A program made the translations under genes and the position numbers. DNA of 64,000 nucleotides, from NCBI GenBank assembly GCA_030390025.1, contig CM059431.1, positions 110,362,001 through 110,426,000 of the forward strand, read 5' to 3'. Positions 60,882 through 64,000 of the stretch are shown here, in pieces. Under the pieces are notes generated by a model that worked only from the letters and a program-made list of their open reading frames with translations, ran no database searches and was not told where the DNA came from. Each line of letters opens with the position of its first letter. The first letter of the stretch is position 1. This DNA is from Squalus acanthias. Lineage: Eukaryota.

Positions 60882-62035
60882 CTAGAAGTGGCTTGTTATC
60901 AGCCGTTGACGGACGGCCCTTGCAGTGGCAACATTGTGGGCCTCCCTCCCACCTGGGCGCTGCTGCTGATCATCCTCCTCATCCGCCTCCTCCTCCTCCT
61001 CTTCCTCCTCTTCCTCAGGTGGTGCACCAATCCCTGGTGGCATTGGCTGTGTCCTCAGGATTGCCAGGTTGTGAAGCATGCAGCACACAACTATGAAGAG
61101 GGAGATTCGCTCAGGCGAGTACTGCAGGGCTCCTCCTGAGTGGTCCAGACAGCGGAACCGTTGCTTGAGCACGCCGATCGTCTGCTCAACGATGTTCCTG
61201 GTGGCGATATGGCTCTCGTTGTACCGCAGCTCAGCAGGGGTGTTGGGGTTACAGAGCAGTGTCATCAGCCAGGTGCAGAGTGGATAACCCTTGTCCCCGA
61301 GGAGCCAACCACTTGGCTGATGCGGTGCCTGGAAAAGCTCTGGCACACCAGTCTGGCGCACTGATGAAAGCATCGTGGCTGCTGCCAGGATAGCGGGCAT
61401 TGACAGCGAGTATCAGCTGAGTGTGGTCACAGACCAACTGGACATTTAAGGAGTGGTAACCCTTGCAGTTTCGGAAAACCTCTGCATTTTCATGCGGTGC
61501 CCGCAATGCCACATGCGTGCAGTCAATGGCGCCCTGCACCATGGGGAAGCCCGCTATCCTCGCAAAGCCACATGCGCGCTCATGCTGTTTGGCCTGTGTC
61601 ATCGGGAAAGAGATGTACTGGCGTCTCCTTTTATAGAGGGCATTTGTCACCTCCCGGATACAGCAATGGACCGCAAACTGGGAGATATTGGCGATGTCCC
61701 CAGTAGCTGCTTGAAAGGAGCCGCTGGCATAAAAATTCTGAGCCACTGTCACCTTCACAGACGTCCTGGTCCTCAGTTGAGGCTGCAGATCTGGTTGCAG
61801 CAGGTGGCAGAGCTCAGTGACCACCTCCTTGCTGAAGCGCAGCCTACACAAACACTGCTCCTCAGACAAATGAATGTAGGAGAATTGCTCCCGGAATACC
61901 CTGGGAGGGTAAGGTCTCCTGGGCAGAGGCCTGTTGGCCCTCCTCCCTCTGGCCATGTTTGCCACTCTCTCTGCGTCTCTGATGCCTCCAATTCTGCAGG
62001 TGCAGGACGACGTCCCGAATCAGTGCAGCCCCCAT
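60882..62035 (-). pseudogene. Harbinger (HARBI1-like) DDE transposase, frameshifted
   Basis: [54 protein letters not shown] and CCMLHN; frame switch at ~61362 and probably another near 61970. Confidence 0.88.
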
Positions 62036-62501
62036 AGTCTCTTCTAAATCGATGTAAGGAAGGTCAAATCAAAATGAACCTGCAAAGTGCTGATCAGTAC
62101 CCAAAACTCCTTCACACAGCGTTAAATCTCTCCAGAAGTCTCTCTCTCTCTTTCAGAATCTTTCTCTCTCTCTCAGAATGCGTGGCGCAAAAATGTCGCC
62201 GACAAAAAAAGGCAGGAAGCGGCCGCCTTTAAATAGCGCTCCCCCAGCCCCTTCCCGACTGCAAAACGTTCCCCTCTACCTGTCGTTGCTAGCGGCAGGC
62301 GGAAAGGCAGGGGGCGCCACTCAATATCCGGTCTGGGGCACTACCGGGGCATTGCACACTCGACTGACGTCACAATCTGCGGGCGCAGGAGATCATGGCG
62401 GTAGTGTTTAGCGCCGCCGAAAAATGTCTGGTGAATTTCGCGAGCGGCGCGAACATCGCCACGCCCAGGCGCTAGTTGCTTTGCGCCCTGCTAGTGCCCT
62501 C

Positions 62502-64000
62502 ATCAATAAAAAAAAGGAAGTTTGGGATGGGAATAGGGCCATTAAGGGATAGACAGGCAGCGATAGAGAGATGGCAGAAATATTGAATAATTATTTTGCT
62601 TCAGTATTTACCAGGGAGATAGAACAGGTTGACATGACATTGGATCATGAGATTAGTAATGAGGTAAGTGCATTTAAAATAAAAAGAGGGGATATATTAA
62701 ATAAACTAATCAAACTCAAAGAGGATAAAACCCCTGTTCCGGATGGATTGCATCCACGCATTTTAAAATAATCCAGGGAAGAGATAGCAAAGGCATTACT
62801 ACACATATTTAATAATTCATTAGAAAGAGGACTGGTGGATAGCTAACATAATACAGTACCTATATTTAAGAAGGGGGATAGAACATGACCAGGGAACTAT
62901 AGACCAGTCAGCTTAACAGCTTAACATCGGTGGTAGGAAAAATAATGGAATCCCTACTAAAGAAGAAAATAGAAGAACATCTAGAAACCAAAAACATAGT
63001 AATGACTAGTCAGCATGGATTTCAAAAGGGAAAGTCTTGCTTGACCAACCTCATTGAATTTTTTGAAGAGGTATCAGAGCGAGTAGACAATGGTAATGCA
63101 GTAGATGTAATTTATCTGGATTTTCAATAAGGTACCCCATGATAGACTGATGAACAAGGTCAGAGAACGCGGAGTCAGGGGACAAGTAGCAGAATGGATA
63201 GCTAGCTGGCTTCAAGGCAGAAAGCAGGGAGATGGGGTAAAAGGTAGCTATTCACAGTGGCAGAAGGTGGGTAGTGGTGTTCCACAAGGATCAGTGCTGG
63301 GACCACTGCTGTTCACAATTTATATTAACAATTTAAACTTTGGAATCAAAAACACAATTTCTAAATTTGTGGATGACACCAAATTGAGGGGGATAGTCAA
63401 TACTGAGGAGGACTGCAACAAATTACAGGAGGACATTCATAAACTTGCAGAATGGGCATATAATTGGCAAATGAAGTTCAACACAGATAAATGTGAGGTA
63501 TTACATTTTGGTAGGATGAATAGGGAGGTCACTTATCACTTGGAGGGTGTGTGTCTGGGTGGGGTAGAGGAGCAAATGGATCTCGGAGTACAAATACACA
63601 AATCACTAAAAGTTGTGACACAGGTAAGCACGGCCATAAAAAAAGCAAACCAAGCACTAGGGTTTATTTCTAGAGGTATAGAATTGAAAAGTAGGGAAGT
63701 TATGCTAAACCTGTGTCGAACCTTGGTTAGACCACACTTGGAGTATTGTGTACAGTTCTGGTCGCCATATTATAAAAAGGATATAGAGGCACTGGAGAGG
63801 GTACAGAGAAGATTTACAAGGATGATACCAGAAATGCGAGGGTATACATATCAGGAAAGCTGAGGGTGACCTATTAGAGGTCTTTAAAATTATGAAAGGT
63901 TTTGATAGAGTAGATACAGAGAGAATGTTTCCACTTGTGGGGAAGAGCATAACGAGAGGCCATCAATATAAGACAGTCACCAAGAAATCCAATAGGGAAT
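62502..64000 (+). mobile_element. CR1 LINE ORF2 (degraded), runs off the window end
   Basis: [21 protein letters not shown] and RPHLEYCVQFWSP; same family as 5085-7190. Confidence 0.92.

Larger units (their letters stand above)
58191..62501. mobile_element. Near-complete autonomous-type Harbinger (PIF/Harbinger) transposon; right TIR absent at the CR1 junction
   Basis: Left TIR GGGGGAGAAATTCAG; convergent Myb/SANT (+) and DDE transposase (-) genes; ends match the MITE at 29561. Confidence 0.9.

Noticed and set aside
60882..62035. Host HARBI1 gene
   Set aside because: Lies within a transposon with a left TIR and a partner Myb/SANT gene, and is frameshifted

Overview
Vertebrate genomic DNA dominated by transposable elements. 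The host is probably a cartilaginous fish (inferred from the mix of DeuSINE/SacSINE1-like SINEs, CR1, L2, Penelope and Harbinger elements), and no host gene can be confidently identified. The main feature is an apparently intact, very young 12.8-kb provirus on the minus strand (43666-56489). It has 1671-bp near-identical LTRs, a 4-bp CTTG target-site duplication, a tRNA-Ser-like PBS and a PPT. Gag carries an overlapping PSAP/PPxY late domain and is joined in frame to pol by a single UGA-CUAG readthrough stop. Pol has a degenerate RNase H followed by an intact one. The 783-aa envelope looks like a class I F-type fusion protein with an N-terminal Ig-like domain. This architecture best fits a lokiretrovirus-like endogenous retrovirus. 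The window also holds a nearly complete Harbinger transposon (intact 3-exon Myb/SANT gene, frameshifted transposase), its deletion-derived MITE, other Harbinger relics and MITEs, and Penelope fragments carrying minimal hammerhead ribozymes. Boundaries of degenerate repeats are approximate.
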